NCBI GenBank assembly: GCA_963765495.1
Contig: CAVXWP010000009.1
Location: 640,001 to 704,000, forward strand
Origin: Blastocatellia bacterium
Lineage (GTDB): Bacteria; Acidobacteriota; Blastocatellia; UBA7656
Length of the DNA: 64,000 nucleotides
Reading direction: 5' to 3'
The notes under the pieces are model-generated. The model did not search any database. It had not been told where the DNA came from and saw only the letters and a list, made by a program, of their open reading frames with translations. This document shows positions 17,449 through 29,653 of the stretch, piece by piece; within the stretch, counting starts at the first letter, position 1, and every line of letters begins with the position of its first letter. The position numbers were made by a program, and so were the translations under genes.

Positions 17449-19198
17449 ATGCCAAAGACTGATATTTCGGTTTCTGAGCTTGTGGAAATGATTTCCAGAG
17501 GGGAACTTCGTCTCCCCGAAATGCAACGGCGCTATGTCTGGACCTCGACTCGTGTGCGCGATCTGCTTGACTCGCTCTATCGCGCCTACCCTTCCGGCAG
17601 CATACTCGTTTGGGAGACGGATCAAGCACAGCCCAGTAGAAATCTGGCAGTGCAACAAGCTTTTAGCCCGTTCGCCGGTCACAAACTCTTGCTGGATGGT
17701 CAACAGCGCCTCACTTCCCTTTCCGCTGTATTAAGAGGCGAACCTGTTATTGTGAAGAATAGAAAGCGGCCTATTGATATAGCTTTCAATCTGGATCATC
17801 CCGATGGACCGCCCGCTGAAATCCTTGAGATTGAGGACGATTCTACTTCTATGAACGGTGATGACGAAACCATAATGGAAGGTGAAGACGATGAGTACAC
17901 GCCTTCGATTCAAGAACGCCTCAGACAGCGTACCTTTGTCGTAGCCAGCCGCGCACTGTTGTCCTCGCCATCCTGGGTTTGGTTTCGGATATTTTCAAGG
18001 GAGAGCGAGCGACTGGCAACTGGTAAAGGGTCTGGTCTCTTCGCCTGATGATCCTGGTTATGAAGTTTATACCCGCCGTCTTCAAGCAGTAAGAGCCATT
18101 CGCAATTATATGTATGTCATGCAAATCCTTCCGCGAGACTATTCCTATGAAGAGGTCACGGAAATATTTGTGCGCGTCAACTCTCTGGGCATCAAGCTTC
18201 GCGGTTCGGACTTGGCTCTGGCTCTCGTCACCGCAAAATGGCCTAATTCGTTAAAGCTATTCGAGGAGTTCATTGATGAGTGTGAGGAAAGCTGGTTTAC
18301 GCTCGACCTCGGCCTGATCGTTCGCACTCTGGTTGTTTTCGCAACTCAGCAGAGCCGCTTCCGCACCGTAAGCTCATTGTCAAAGGAAGTGCTGGAAACC
18401 GCATGGGAGAAAACAAAAGATGGATTGCGATTCTCGATCAATTACTTAAAGGCAAACGCGGGCATCGAAGATGAAACGCTTCTTTCTTCGCCGTTCCTGA
18501 TGATTCCTATCGCCGTCCTGAGCGTGTTACGCGATGAGCGGTTATCGAGTGAAGATGAGCGCAATCTGTTAAGGTGGCTATACATCGCTAATGCTCGCGC
18601 TCATTATTCCAGTTCGAGCGAAACAAAACTGGATGCGGATCTGAATCTTCTCTTTCGCGGAAACGGGCCTGAAAGCTTGATGGGGCCTTTGGAGAGCCAG
18701 TTTGCCCGATTGATTATCGAGCCATCCGATTTTACGGGCCGTGGAGCGCGTAGCGCCCTATTCTCATTAGCCTATCTGGCGCTCAAGCACGCGGGCGCAA
18801 AGGATTGGTTTTCGGGGCTTGGTCTATCGCTTACTCATCAGGGCAGATACCATTTCATTCAGTTCCATCATATCTTCCCAAAATCGCTGCTGCAAAAAGC
18901 CGGATATGAAAAGGCTGAGATTAACGAGATTGCCGACATGGCTTTCATCACCGGTCGAACGAATCGCCGTATATCCAACAAAGCCCCGATTGATTACTTC
19001 AAAGATATAATTGCTCAACGTGGCCAGAAAGCATTGATCCAACAGCAAATCCCTATGGATGAAAAGTTATGGAAAATAGAGAATTATCGGGAATTTCTTG
19101 AAGAACGCAGAAAGCTTCTGGCCTCAATAATCAATGAGTTTATAAACCGGGCCTATGAGACAGGGGCCGTAGCGATGATTCAAACTGACAAAGACTGA
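17449..19198 (+). CDS. GmrSD-type (DUF262 + HNH) restriction protein; apparent frameshifts near 17980-18010
   Basis: LPEMQRRYVW, LLDGQQRLTSL, IFVRVNSLG, HHIFPK; split into ORFs 17449-18048 and 18110-19198. Confidence 0.85.
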
Positions 19199-19245
19199 AC
19201 CTTCAGTAGCTCTCAATTAAACAACCGGACCAAGAAAGGGTAGAG

Positions 19246-22200
19246 ATGCCGAGAAAGAAATCATCGAAGACTTCGGAAACTTCCGTAATAGATTATCGCC
19301 ACGAGGCAAAACGAAAGACAACCCGCCCGCAGGAATAGCTGCACGAGGCATGGTGCGCGAATCTCCAAAGGTCGTCTATGAGTATAATCCTCATCTGCCG
19401 CCTGTCTTGCGCTCGGACCCTACAGCAAGCTCAGATGTATTGCCCGAACTATTGAACATAGCGCGCACTCGCGCACTGACGGCCGAAGAGGCCGAGACGC
19501 TGGCCAATGCCCTACGTAACCACGAGCCGTGGCTTGAATGGGCAGGCAAGCGCGAGAAGAAAAGTTTTGAAGTTGATCCGGTTGCGCTCCACATCCACGA
19601 GCGCATCTCGACACAGGCAATCCTCAAGGTGGCAAAGCGCGAGGATGTTCAGCGGTCGCTGTTTGCCGACCCAGAGCAGGATTACCGCGAGGCCGTTCAG
19701 TTCTATCAGCACGATGTAGACTGGACAAACCGGATGATACTCGGAGATTCGCTGCAAGTAATGGCGAGCCTTGCGCGAAGAGAAGACCTCGCGGGCAAGG
19801 TGCAGATGATCTACATCGACCCGCCGTATGGGATCAAGTTCGCGTCAAACTTTCAGCCCGAAATAGGGAAGCGCGATGTTAAGGACAAAGAGAGCGACCT
19901 GACGCGCGAGCCTGAAACGGTGAAGGCATATCGAGATACTTGGACGCTCGGCGTGCATTCATATCTGGCGTATTTGCGTGATCGGTTTATTTTTGGCGAA
20001 AGAATTGCTCGCGGATACAGGTAGCATCTTCGTGCAGATTGGAGATGAGAATCTTCATCACGTCAGAGAGTTGCTGGATGAGATATTCGAAGCGCAAAAT
20101 TTTTGCAGTGTAATAACACTTGTTAAAACCGCTGGACAAAGTGCCGAGCTTGTTCCTAATGTATGTGATTATCTGCTCTGGTATGCAAAATCAAAAGAGG
20201 ATATAACATTCAATCAAACCTTTCGAGAAAAGATAGCTACCCCAGAAGAAGCTGGTCATTACAGTTGGGTGTTGTCGCCAAATGGAGAAATGCGAGGGCT
20301 TCGAAAAGAGGAACGTGAGGGAAAATCAGTTTTGCCAGAAGGCGCGAAGCTATACGCCCCTACCTCGCTTACCTCACAGGGTGGCAGTTCCGAAGGTCCA
20401 TTTCCGTTTGATTATGCAGGGCAGACATATACAATTCCTGTACGTGATCACTGGAAGACAAACTTACAAGGCATGGCGAGGCTGGCTCAAGCAGACAGAA
20501 TTCATATCGCTGCAAACAGTGTCCGATTTGTTCGATTCCTGGATGATTTTCCTGCGATACCACATACAAATTTTTGGGATGATACCGCTACCGGCAATTT
20601 TACAGAAACAAAAGTTTATGTCGTTCAAACAGCTACGAAAATCATCGAACGCTGCCTTCTAATGTCAACAGACCCAGGCGACCTTGTGCTTGATCCGACC
20701 TGCGGAAGTGGCACGACAGCTTTTGTTGCAGAACACTGGGGTAGACGATGGATCACGATTGATACCAGCCGCGTAGCTCTCGCTCTGGCTCGTCAAAGAT
20801 TGATGACCGCAACTTTTCCCTTCTACACGGTTAAAGATAGTAATGAGCAAACAGATGATACAGCCAATCCCGCCAAAGGCTTTGTCTATAAAACTGTCCC
20901 GCATATCACGCTCAAAAGCATTGCCCAGAACGTCGCCCTTGATTCCATTTTCGCAAAACATCAACCTCTGCTCGATGCGAAGCTCAATCATCTCAACCAC
21001 GCGCTGAAATCTGTATCATCAGAATTGCGTCAAAAGTTGCTGACAAAACTTAAAGAGAAAGAGAAACGCGACGGCAAGCGGTCTGTCACCGACGCCGACC
21101 GCAGACGTTGGATTTTGCCTAAAGGCGAGTGGATGGAGTGGGAAGTTCCATTCGATACGGATGAGGATTAGCCCGATCAACTCAAGACGGCTCTCGAAGA
21201 GTATCGCGCTGTCTGGCGCTCAAAGATGGATGAAGTTAATGATTGCATCGCCGCAAGCGCCGATCAGGAAGAACTCGTTGACCAACCCGAAATCGAGCGC
21301 AAGGTTGTGCGCGTCTCCGGCCCGTTCACAATGGAAGCCGTTATGCCCGCCGAAGAATCGCTCGAATGGGAATCGCCCATTGGCGGTCAACCCGACGAGC
21401 TTGAAACCTTTAATCAACAGGCCGAGGCCGAAGATGATCCCATCAATGCCGAAGCCTACCTCGACAAGATGCTCAGATTGCTCCGCGCCGATGGGGTCCG
21501 TTTTCCTAATAACAAAGTCGCCGAGTTTACTCGACTGGAAGCGATCAGCGGCGGCGAGTATCTTCACGCCGAAGGCGAATGGGAATCCGAAGACGGGCAG
21601 GCGCGAGCCGTCGCCGTATCCTTTGGCCCGCAATTCGGACCCGTGACCGCCTTTCAGGTTGAGAACGCATTGCGTATGGCCTACCGTAGAGGATTCGATG
21701 AACTGGTCTTTGCGGGGTTTAGTTTCGACGCCTCGGCTCAGGCTATAATTCAAGATGATACAAATCCGAATGTGCGATCTCATCTGGCTCACATTCGCCC
21801 CGATGTGAACATGGGCGATCTGCTGAAAGAGACTCCAAATAGCCAGATATTTACGGTGTTCGGCAGCCCGCGCACAAGTATTGACCAGACGGATGAAGGG
21901 CTATTCGTAATCGAGATGGAAGGCGTGGACATCTATAACCCCGTAGACAATACCCTCCTCCCCACGAACGCCGATAAAGTAGCCGCATGGTTTTTGGACG
22001 CCGATTATGATGGGCGGACGTTCTGCATCACTCAGGCATTCTTTCCAGACAAGAGCGCGTGGAAGAAACTGGAACGAGCCTTAAAGGGTGTGATTGACGA
22101 AGATCATTTCGATGTTTTCAGCGGCACTACATCCCTGCCCTTTCCGGCAGGCAAGCATAAACGAGCGGCGGTAAAAGTGATTGACCCGCGAGGCAACGAG

Positions 22201-22257
22201 GTCATGCGCGTTCACAGGTTATTCGGCAAAGGGGAGGCGCGATATGGTGACTCCTAA
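19246..22257 (+). CDS. Type III-like R-M DNA methyltransferase (N4/N6, beta class); apparent frameshifts at ~19318 and ~19990, TAG at 21169-21171
   Basis: NRMILGDSL, IYIDPPYG, VLDPTCGSGTT, C-terminal KVIDPRGNE. Confidence 0.9.
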
Positions 22258-25200
22258 TCAGCTTGAAATACCCGTTCAACCTGTCAACAAGCCTATCCTC
22301 TGTAATCCTTATGATGAGCCGGACAAGCACTGGCTTTATGATACGGTCACAGGCGAAGCGAGGGAGGAACCGGGCAGGCGACCCGCGAGTTACTGGTTTA
22401 AAACACAGCGAACCGGCGCTGTGCAGGCGCAACTGTTTGCCGAAGAAGAACGCGACGATCTTCCTCTGGTCAATGCCTTGCGCGCCGACGTGGGCCGATG
22501 GCGAAGATCGAACTACGAAGGCGCGACACAGGTAACAAAGACTCTGCTCGCCTATTGGGCGCGCGAAGACCGCCCGCGCCGCTTCTTCTTTTGCCAGCGC
22601 GAGGCCGCAGAGACGATCATTTATTTGACGGAAATCTCTCGTCCGGTAAGCGATCCAGATGGAAACCCGATGTGAGTCTTGACGATTACCGGCGACTTCT
22701 CAAAGGCGAGCGACCTTCGTTTCTGGGGACGGGAGCACAGCTTAGAGTTTATCCCGCACTAATTGACCACCCGAACGAATCGGGGTTAGAGGCTCTAACT
22801 CGCTATGGCTCAAAGATGGCAACGGGCAGCGGAAAAACCGTTGTGATGGCAATGCTCGTTGCGTGGGCCTTCTGCAATCGTGGCCGTGTGCCGGGCGATG
22901 AGCGTTTCCATCGGCGGCGCTCGTAGTCTGCCCAAATCTGACAGTCAAGGAGCGGTTGCAGGTTTTGCGGCCTGATAACGAAGACAATTACTATTCGGCC
23001 TTTGATGTTGTGCCTTCGCAATTGATGCCTGAGCTAAAGAAGGGCAAAGTGCTTGTGACAAACTGGCATTTGTTCGCGCCCGAATCCGACATGTAGAAGG
23101 CGGCAAGAGTTATACGGTTGTCAACAAGGGGCCGGAAGGCCCCGATGCATTCGCCCGGCGAGTGCTCGGAGACCTTTACGACCGCGCGCCTGTGATGGTC
23201 TTAAACGACGAGGCGCGTCATGCCTACCGCCCCGCACCCGTAGAGGAAACCGAGCGACTAAACGCAGCCGAAAAGGCCGAACGCGAAGAGGCTACTGTCT
23301 GGGTGTCTGGATTGGACAAAATCAATCAGGCTTGCGGTGTGCGGTTCTGCGTAGACCTTTCGGCAACGCCATTTTACTTGCAGGGCAGCGGCTATATCGA
23401 AGGCTCGCCTTTACCCTGGCTGGTCAGCGATTTCGGGCTTGTTGATGCTATCGAGTCGGGCATAGTCAAAATTCCTCGCCTGCCTGTGAGCGACACAACG
23501 GGGCGACCTGAACCAAAATACTTTGCCCTCTGGAAACATATCACTGATCGTCTTCAACCGGGCGAGAAGCTCCCCGGTGGCAAACCTAAGCCTGAGATAG
23601 TATGGCGCGAAGCCGAAGACGCGCTCATCACTCTTGCCAGCCAGTGGAAGGAGCGATACGAGTACATCGAGCAAGCCTCATCTGAAAAGGAGAAGACGCC
23701 GCCCGTGATGATAATAGTCTGCGATAACACGGACATCGCGGAATTGTTTTACAAGAACATATCAGGCGAAGATGTTATAGAAGTTGTGCCGGAGGATGAC
23801 GACGAAGAGGATGAAGAAGACAGACCTCGACGCAGGCGAAAGAAGAAGGCCAAAACCAAAACCGTTTACGGGACAGGCAAGATATTCCCTGAACTCTTCT
23901 CGAATCGAGAGGGCTTTCGCGCTACGTTGCGAATAGATTCCAAGTTATTGGCCGAAGCTGAGAGCGAAGACCCGAAGGTCAGCCGTAGCGATGCCGCAGA
24001 AGAACTCCGCGAGATTGTCGCAACCGTGGGCAAACCGGGCAAGCCGGGCGAACAGGTGCGCTGTGTCGTGTCTGTGCAGATGTTGACCGAAGGCTGGGAT
24101 GCAAACAACGTAACTCACATTCTTGGGTTGCGAGCATTCGGCAGCCAGTTATTATGCGAGCAGGTTGTCGGGCGCGGATTGCGAAGGATGGATTACACGC
24201 CTGACCCTGAAACGGGAAGGCTCACCGAAGAGTATGTAGACGTTTACGGCATACCGTTTTCAGTCATTCCCTTCAAAGGAAGAAAGCCAAACAGCCTGCG
24301 CCCGAAGACAAACCAAAAAATCAGGTTCGAGCCATGCCTGAGCGAAGTCAATATGAAATGCGTTTTCCTGTCATCGAAAGATATGCCTTCGCCTTGCGCT
24401 CAAATCTTATTAAAGCGGACATCGGCAAAATGCAAATGCTTGTTTTGCAGCCATCGCACACGCCAACGGCCATATTCGTGAAACCACAGGTAGGCATTCA
24501 GATGGGAAGCCCGAATATTGGGGGCGGGTTTGAGTTTGACGAGCAAGACCGGGAAGCCTATTACACGAGTACGCATTTGCAGACCATCAAATTCGAGATA
24601 GCCCGGCAGGTAGTCTATGCTCTGACGGAGGGAGTCGGTGAGGCGCGGCCCCGGTTGCGGCTTCAATCGCGTCATCAGTTATTTCCACAGGTAATGCGAC
24701 TGGTCGAAGATTACGTTAGCCGAAAAGTTGATTTTCATGGATGTCATTCGTGCGAACTGGGATTGGAAACATACGTCAAGCGCACGGTCGAGCGATTGCT
24801 TGATGCCATCGAGCCGGATGATGAAAAAGGCGAGCCTCCGCTCCTGCCGATCCTCAATCGCTACAAACCAATCGGGTCAACGTCGTCGGTGGATTTCAAG
24901 ACCACACGGCCCTGTTACCACACAGCAAAGAGCCACATCAACTTGGTGGCTGCCGATACAGCGACGTGGGAACAATCTGCGGCATTTAGACTTGAGCAAT
25001 CGAAGAATGTCGCTTTCTATGCTCGCAATGACCATCTTGAATTTGTAATCCCGTATGAATACTTGGGAATCGGTCATGCCTACACTCCCGACTTCATAGT
25101 GCGGCTGGCTAACGGTGTGACTCTCGTGCTGGAAATTAAGGGCTACGAGGACGACCAGGACCGGGCCAAGCATCAATCCATGCAACGATGGATTTCAGCC

Positions 25201-25299
25201 GTCAATAATTGGGGCAAACTCGGTCGGTGGGCTTTTCATGTCTCGAAAGACCCAGATATGTTGGGGCGGGAATTGGAATGGATTGTCCGTGATACTTGA
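22244..25299 (+). CDS. Type III-like restriction helicase/endonuclease; apparent frameshifts at ~22637, ~22908, ~23090 and ~24285
   Basis: FFCQREA, KMATGSGKT, NDEA[R]HAY, LSATP, MLTEGWD, QVVGRGLRR, YTPDFIV...LEIKG. Confidence 0.9.
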
Positions 25300-25349
25300 T
25301 ACCATTACCTCCTTCCAAAATTCATCTGCTACGGATTCTTGGCCACTCC

Positions 25350-26273
25350 TCATTTCGCCACTCTAAACCGCCGCGAGCCAGTAACTACTGATCCATCCTG
25401 TCGCTGACCCTTTACAGGCTCTATTCTTATACTTTCTTCTGGTGATTTCGGTGCAAGTTGCTTTGGCTCTGGTTTCGTTGCCCTTTTGCTGTGCTTGCGC
25501 CTGTTGACACTGTTAGACTCTTTCCTTGCCGGTTTCTTTCTCTGTTTATTCTTCTGCACATTTACCTGCTGCCCGCCATCGGCTGCGATATTTACCTGCT
25601 GCGGGTTATTGATCGTCACCGGCAGATTGTAGCGCCGTAAATCACGCAATTGGCGAAGAGTCCGCAGGAATAACCGATTATATCTATCTGCCATCTCAGT
25701 AGCCTGTTGCGCATCTGCATCCCCAGTCACAGAAACCGCTCTCCACTTGCCTCCTCTTTCTTTTATCTGATACGTCTCTTCTTGACATTCTATCGCCACT
25801 CGCTGCACCGAAAGCTCCATCCAGTGCTCATACGTCGTGTAGAGGTGCGCCATCATCTCGATCAGCCTCATCTCTATACTTCCTGTCGGCCTCCAATCAG
25901 TAATGAATGATTCGCGTAGTGCCAGATAGCGAGCCTTTATCCAGGGGCGCATCATCGAACTTGCAACGACATCGGCCGCTCGTTCCCCGCTTTCCAGGTC
26001 TTCACGAGCAAGCTGTTTGATATGGTCGTAAACCTCAAATCCCGTTCCCGGCTCAACCTGCTCCGCATAGGAAAGCTCACGCCATTCAATACCGGCAGGG
26101 GCAGCATCAAGGAGTTGTTGTTTGTCGTAGCGAGCATAACCAAGGCCACCAATGCGTCCTTCGGCATCAGCTTTCAATGCCCTCCAATAAGCATCCGCCA
26201 TGCGGTGGGCGAGTGGTTCGATTTCCATCTCGATTAAGGCAGTAGGTGTTTCAGTTTTTTTTCTTGCGGACAT
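25350..26273 (-). CDS. Hypothetical protein of the satellite core operon
   Basis: Overlaps the upstream gene; LRTLRQLRDLRR...INNPQQVNIA; basic tail. Confidence 0.7.
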   Translation of the reverse strand: MSARKKTETPTALIEMEIEPLAHRMADAYWRALKADAEGRIGGLGYARYDKQQLLDAAPAGIEWRELSYAEQVEPGTGFEVYDHIKQLAREDLESGERAADVVASSMMRPWIKARYLALRESFITDWRPTGSIEMRLIEMMAHLYTTYEHWMELSVQRVAIECQEETYQIKERGGKWRAVSVTGDADAQQATEMADRYNRLFLRTLRQLRDLRRYNLPVTINNPQQVNIAADGGQQVNVQKNKQRKKPARKESNSVNRRKHSKRATKPEPKQLAPKSPEESIRIEPVKGQRQDGSVVTGSRRFRVAK

Positions 26274-26565
26274 AGGACTCAACCTCCCTGAGTTCGATTT
26301 GCAGATTTCTCCAAAGTTCAAAGTCAATATTTATCGTTTGCCTGATTCGGCGATTGGCTTGGCACAGATCACGAACGCGCTCAACATCACTCTTCCTGAC
26401 GTAAGCCTTGCGGAGTCTGCCGTCTTCGCGCCAGAAGCAATAGAAGTAGGGACCGTGAAGTTCGCCATTTGCACACTTGCATCCTGATTTGCCACATCGC
26501 ACGTATTGAGGGCAGAGGGCAGCAGGCAGATTCTTAGGTAACATTTCGGCTGTTTTTGTTTTCAA
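26251..26565 (-). CDS. DUF6788-like Zn-binding protein
   Basis: RCGKSGCKCANGELHGPY motif. Confidence 0.75.
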   Translation of the reverse strand: MKTKTAEMLPKNLPAALCPQYVRCGKSGCKCANGELHGPYFYCFWREDGRLRKAYVRKSDVERVRDLCQANRRIRQTINIDFELWRNLQIELREVESYVRKKKN

Positions 26566-26584
26566 TCCCGAACCTCATTTCTGG

Positions 26585-27004
26585 CTAACATCTTTTTTCA
26601 TCTCCCTCTTGATTCTTTGGATTGTCGTGTTGTCGTGACATTGCAAATTCAAGTGCTTGATTCGCGGCGCGGCTACAGGGAGTGCATTGGTAAGCGTCAC
26701 CGAAGTTCAATGGGTCGCCGCAACTCAGGCAGCATTCCTTCTGCGGCTCCACTGCTTCCCGCGCTACTAGAAATGGGATTGGTCCAACATCCGGTATCTG
26801 TGGCAGCATGGCTTTTACCCTCCAAGCTATATCAGTATCAGTAATAGCAATGAGCGCGATGACCTGAGACTTATGCTCTACCAGAGCTTCGCGTAATTCA
26901 GGTGTAACGGCTCCCCTTGGAGCATCAATCCGCAAGCGGTTGCCACTGGTTTCGATGAATATCCCCCGCTCGCGCAGTTCGGTTAACAACTCAACTGCGG
27001 TCAT
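26585..27004 (-). CDS. TubC-N-docking-like domain protein with C-terminal Zn finger
   Basis: ELLTELRERGI...LRIDAPRGAVTPELREALVEHK; CLSCG...CTPC; ATGA overlap with the primase gene. Confidence 0.75.
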   Translation of the reverse strand: MTAVELLTELRERGIFIETSGNRLRIDAPRGAVTPELREALVEHKSQVIALIAITDTDIAWRVKAMLPQIPDVGPIPFLVAREAVEPQKECCLSCGDPLNFGDAYQCTPCSRAANQALEFAMSRQHDNPKNQEGDEKRC

Positions 27005-29367
27005 ATTTCGAGCACCTCCCGCTCTACTTCCTCTTTTTGAGTCGCCACACTCGCCACAGACTTTGTTTTCAAAGAATTATCGCCATTTCCAGTCGCCACA
27101 GAATAGGCATCTTGTGGCGACTCAAATTCATTGTAAGTTGTTGATTTCAGGACTTGTGGCGAGTGTGGCGACTCGATCATCAGGTATCTGGCAAAGACAT
27201 CCTCAAAATCATTTCGCAAGTACCCTCGCTGTGTTTGGTCCCGCTCGCGCCATTTCGTAGGTTCGACTCCAAAAGGTTTAAGAAGGCGAGCTAATCCAAC
27301 TTTGCTTAAAGCCTTCCCGCTCTTATACTCTGCCCAAGGCCGTGATTCCATCTCGATGAGAGATTGAATTATTTCGTCTGATGTCAGCCGCTCCCGATCT
27401 TCAGCAAAGATTACTTTGAGGTCACCAAGCAACAATGTTCTGGCTGATTCCGAATCAGGCTTCTCACCGGCCATCGTTCGGGCGATAATGCGCGCTTCTC
27501 GCGGCCAGTCGCCACCAGCAGTATCGGCAATGGCAAACAATGGTCGCCAGTTGTCGCGTGCGCGGTCGTTAGTGATTTCAGAAGGGATATCAGGATCGGC
27601 CGCCCGAAGTTGTTTCTTCATTTCATCAACCCATCGAGCAGAGCGACGACGTAAGTGCTCAAACTCTCCCAGACGATCAAACCTTAGCCGCTCGATATTA
27701 TCGTTTGCGCGCTTGCGTTGTAAGCGAATGATAATGGCTCGATCTTCAAGTGTGCCGGGCAAGGCTCCTATTAAGGCTATCGCTTTCGGTGACCATGTAG
27801 TGAATCGCCGAGGTTCGTAATCTTCCCCTGTTGTACGAATGATGTAGCTGGTGGCTTTCCGATGTCCGCTATTGAGAATGCCTCTCAACTCCTCATTATC
27901 CGTTAAGAATGAATCCGCCTCATCAATCAGCAGGGTGGGTTGATATTTCTCTACGGTTCTAAATAGGGCGCTTGGAGTTATGTTTGCGACTGCGAGCGGA
28001 CGCGGGGCAAGCGCGTATAGCAGAGTCAAAAGCGTGGTCTTGCCGCATCTCTTCTCTGGACTGGTTATTGCGAGCAATGGAGAAATGTCGAATAGATCGA
28101 AAGCGTAGGTATAGACAATCCATAGAGCGATTGCCTTGAAAGTATGTTTGGAGGCCGAAAGGAAGCGGTTTACAACAGCAGTGATTTCGTCAAGCATGAT
28201 TGCGCCATCAACCGGCTCAGGCCACAGGGCAGGATCGCGCAAATCAAGCCCTTTTGATTCTTCCTCATCGCTCTCAAGTTTCGGCATTGCAACATCAATC
28301 AATCGAGCAGGACTTGAGAAGCCGCGCTCTTTGAGAATTTTTATAGCCTCCTCTCGCGCAATTCCTCGCGCAAGTTCATCAAGCGGTTTTACGGCATCAG
28401 CAAAGTCTCTGAATGCCTTCTCAATATCGGCAATCGTCGCGCCAACTTTGAGATTGCGAAGCGAAGCCAGGGCATCGTCGCTTAGATGTTTGCCGGGTTG
28501 AGAATGACCATGCTTGCCATTCGGTTGCTCAGGCAGTCCAAACGAATGAAGCAATGCTGCATGAAAGCACCCTTTCTGGCATCTGACTGCGCCTGTGGCC
28601 GGATTGAACATGATGCCCGCATCGCTTTTGGGAACATGGCAGCGCGCACGGCAGTGATAGAAGCCGTCACCATTTTGCTTCGCAGTCGGATCATACATGA
28701 TGCGCCGCCTGAGTTCAGCATTAAGCTCATCCCACGTCGAATAATTTGAATTGGTATCAGTATCTTTGCTCATCTGTTCAACCAATCGCGATGATTCTTG
28801 GGCAGTCTCGATAATTTTGCGCCAGTTCAGCGTCTTGCCGTCAAATAGGTGATACTCATAAGGCGCATCGGGTAAAGCCTTCGCTGGCATATAAAACATT
28901 CGAGATTCATCTTTTGCCTGCGGATCAATCTTGCCGCCTGAGACTTTGGCAGCCCATTGCCAAAGCCGCGAAAATAGCGAAGATGGGACAGGTTCAGATA
29001 AAGGGATGATGATGCGAAAACGCTCTTCCACTGTTGGATTTGAAATAACGACACGCCTATGCGAATGAGTCGTATAAACCCCGAAGCAAAAACCCAGATC
29101 AAGCCAGGGTTGTAGATCCTCATCAAGCGCGGCGTGATGGTCATAATCAAGCACCAGCATAGAAATCTCGGTGACATTTGCCTTTTTCCGCTCAGGTGGT
29201 TTGAAGGTCGCGGGTGAGAATAGCGGACCATCCTTTTCGGCGCGCACAACTGGACAAGCAAGATACCTGCATATAGCAGCCCAATCGTGATGAACGATCT
29301 GCGGGGATTTGTCATGCTTGCTCTTGAATAATGAAATTGCGTAGCTCAAGCGCCCTCCCATTCTCAA
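27001..29367 (-). CDS. Primase-like / DUF3631 replication protein
   Basis: N-terminal VLDYD, YTTHSH, RFRIIIPL and DESRMFYMP (AEP-like); SPEKRCGKTT P-loop; LLIDEAD; RARDNWRPL. Confidence 0.85.
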   Translation of the reverse strand: MRMGGRLSYAISLFKSKHDKSPQIVHHDWAAICRYLACPVVRAEKDGPLFSPATFKPPERKKANVTEISMLVLDYDHHAALDEDLQPWLDLGFCFGVYTTHSHRRVVISNPTVEERFRIIIPLSEPVPSSLFSRLWQWAAKVSGGKIDPQAKDESRMFYMPAKALPDAPYEYHLFDGKTLNWRKIIETAQESSRLVEQMSKDTDTNSNYSTWDELNAELRRRIMYDPTAKQNGDGFYHCRARCHVPKSDAGIMFNPATGAVRCQKGCFHAALLHSFGLPEQPNGKHGHSQPGKHLSDDALASLRNLKVGATIADIEKAFRDFADAVKPLDELARGIAREEAIKILKERGFSSPARLIDVAMPKLESDEEESKGLDLRDPALWPEPVDGAIMLDEITAVVNRFLSASKHTFKAIALWIVYTYAFDLFDISPLLAITSPEKRCGKTTLLTLLYALAPRPLAVANITPSALFRTVEKYQPTLLIDEADSFLTDNEELRGILNSGHRKATSYIIRTTGEDYEPRRFTTWSPKAIALIGALPGTLEDRAIIIRLQRKRANDNIERLRFDRLGEFEHLRRRSARWVDEMKKQLRAADPDIPSEITNDRARDNWRPLFAIADTAGGDWPREARIIARTMAGEKPDSESARTLLLGDLKVIFAEDRERLTSDEIIQSLIEMESRPWAEYKSGKALSKVGLARLLKPFGVEPTKWRERDQTQRGYLRNDFEDVFARYLMIESPHSPQVLKSTTYNEFESPQDAYSVATGNGDNSLKTKSVASVATQKEEVEREVLEI
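27039..27174. other. Putative replication origin: symmetric TCGCCACA iteron array with IHF-like site
   Basis: Three direct and three inverted copies; 20-bp outer inverted repeat; TAAGTTGTTGATT at 27134-27146. Confidence 0.65.
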
Positions 29368-29370
29368 TCA

Positions 29371-29595
29371 TCACGACCGTACCTTTGCCTCGACGCGCCG
29401 AGCGCAGTTTGTCTTGAAGTCTTCAAGTGATTGAGAGTCGTAAAGAACCCTACGTCCGACTTTGAAATATGTGATGAGTTTCTTGGATTTGTAAATATTT
29501 AGCTGCGCTCGACTGATCTTAATTCTTTGCAGAAACTCACGTTCACTCATCAATCTGTCCATATCATCATTAAGTGCTGTGACTGCGGTGCTCAT
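29371..29595 (-). CDS. Excisionase/AlpA-like HTH protein
   Basis: LMSEREFLQRIKISRAQL...ITYFKVGRRVLY...LEDF; RBS GGAGG. Confidence 0.8.
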   Translation of the reverse strand: MSTAVTALNDDMDRLMSEREFLQRIKISRAQLNIYKSKKLITYFKVGRRVLYDSQSLEDFKTNCARRVEAKVRS

Positions 29596-29611
29596 AGTTC
29601 CCTCCAATAGA

Positions 29612-29653
29612 TAAAAAATAGGCAGTGGCGTTATTGATGTTCACCACTGCCTA
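29612..29653 (-). terminator. Intrinsic terminator just upstream of the excisionase-like gene
   Basis: Minus strand TAGGCAGTGG...CCACTGCCTA followed by TTTTTT. Confidence 0.75.
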
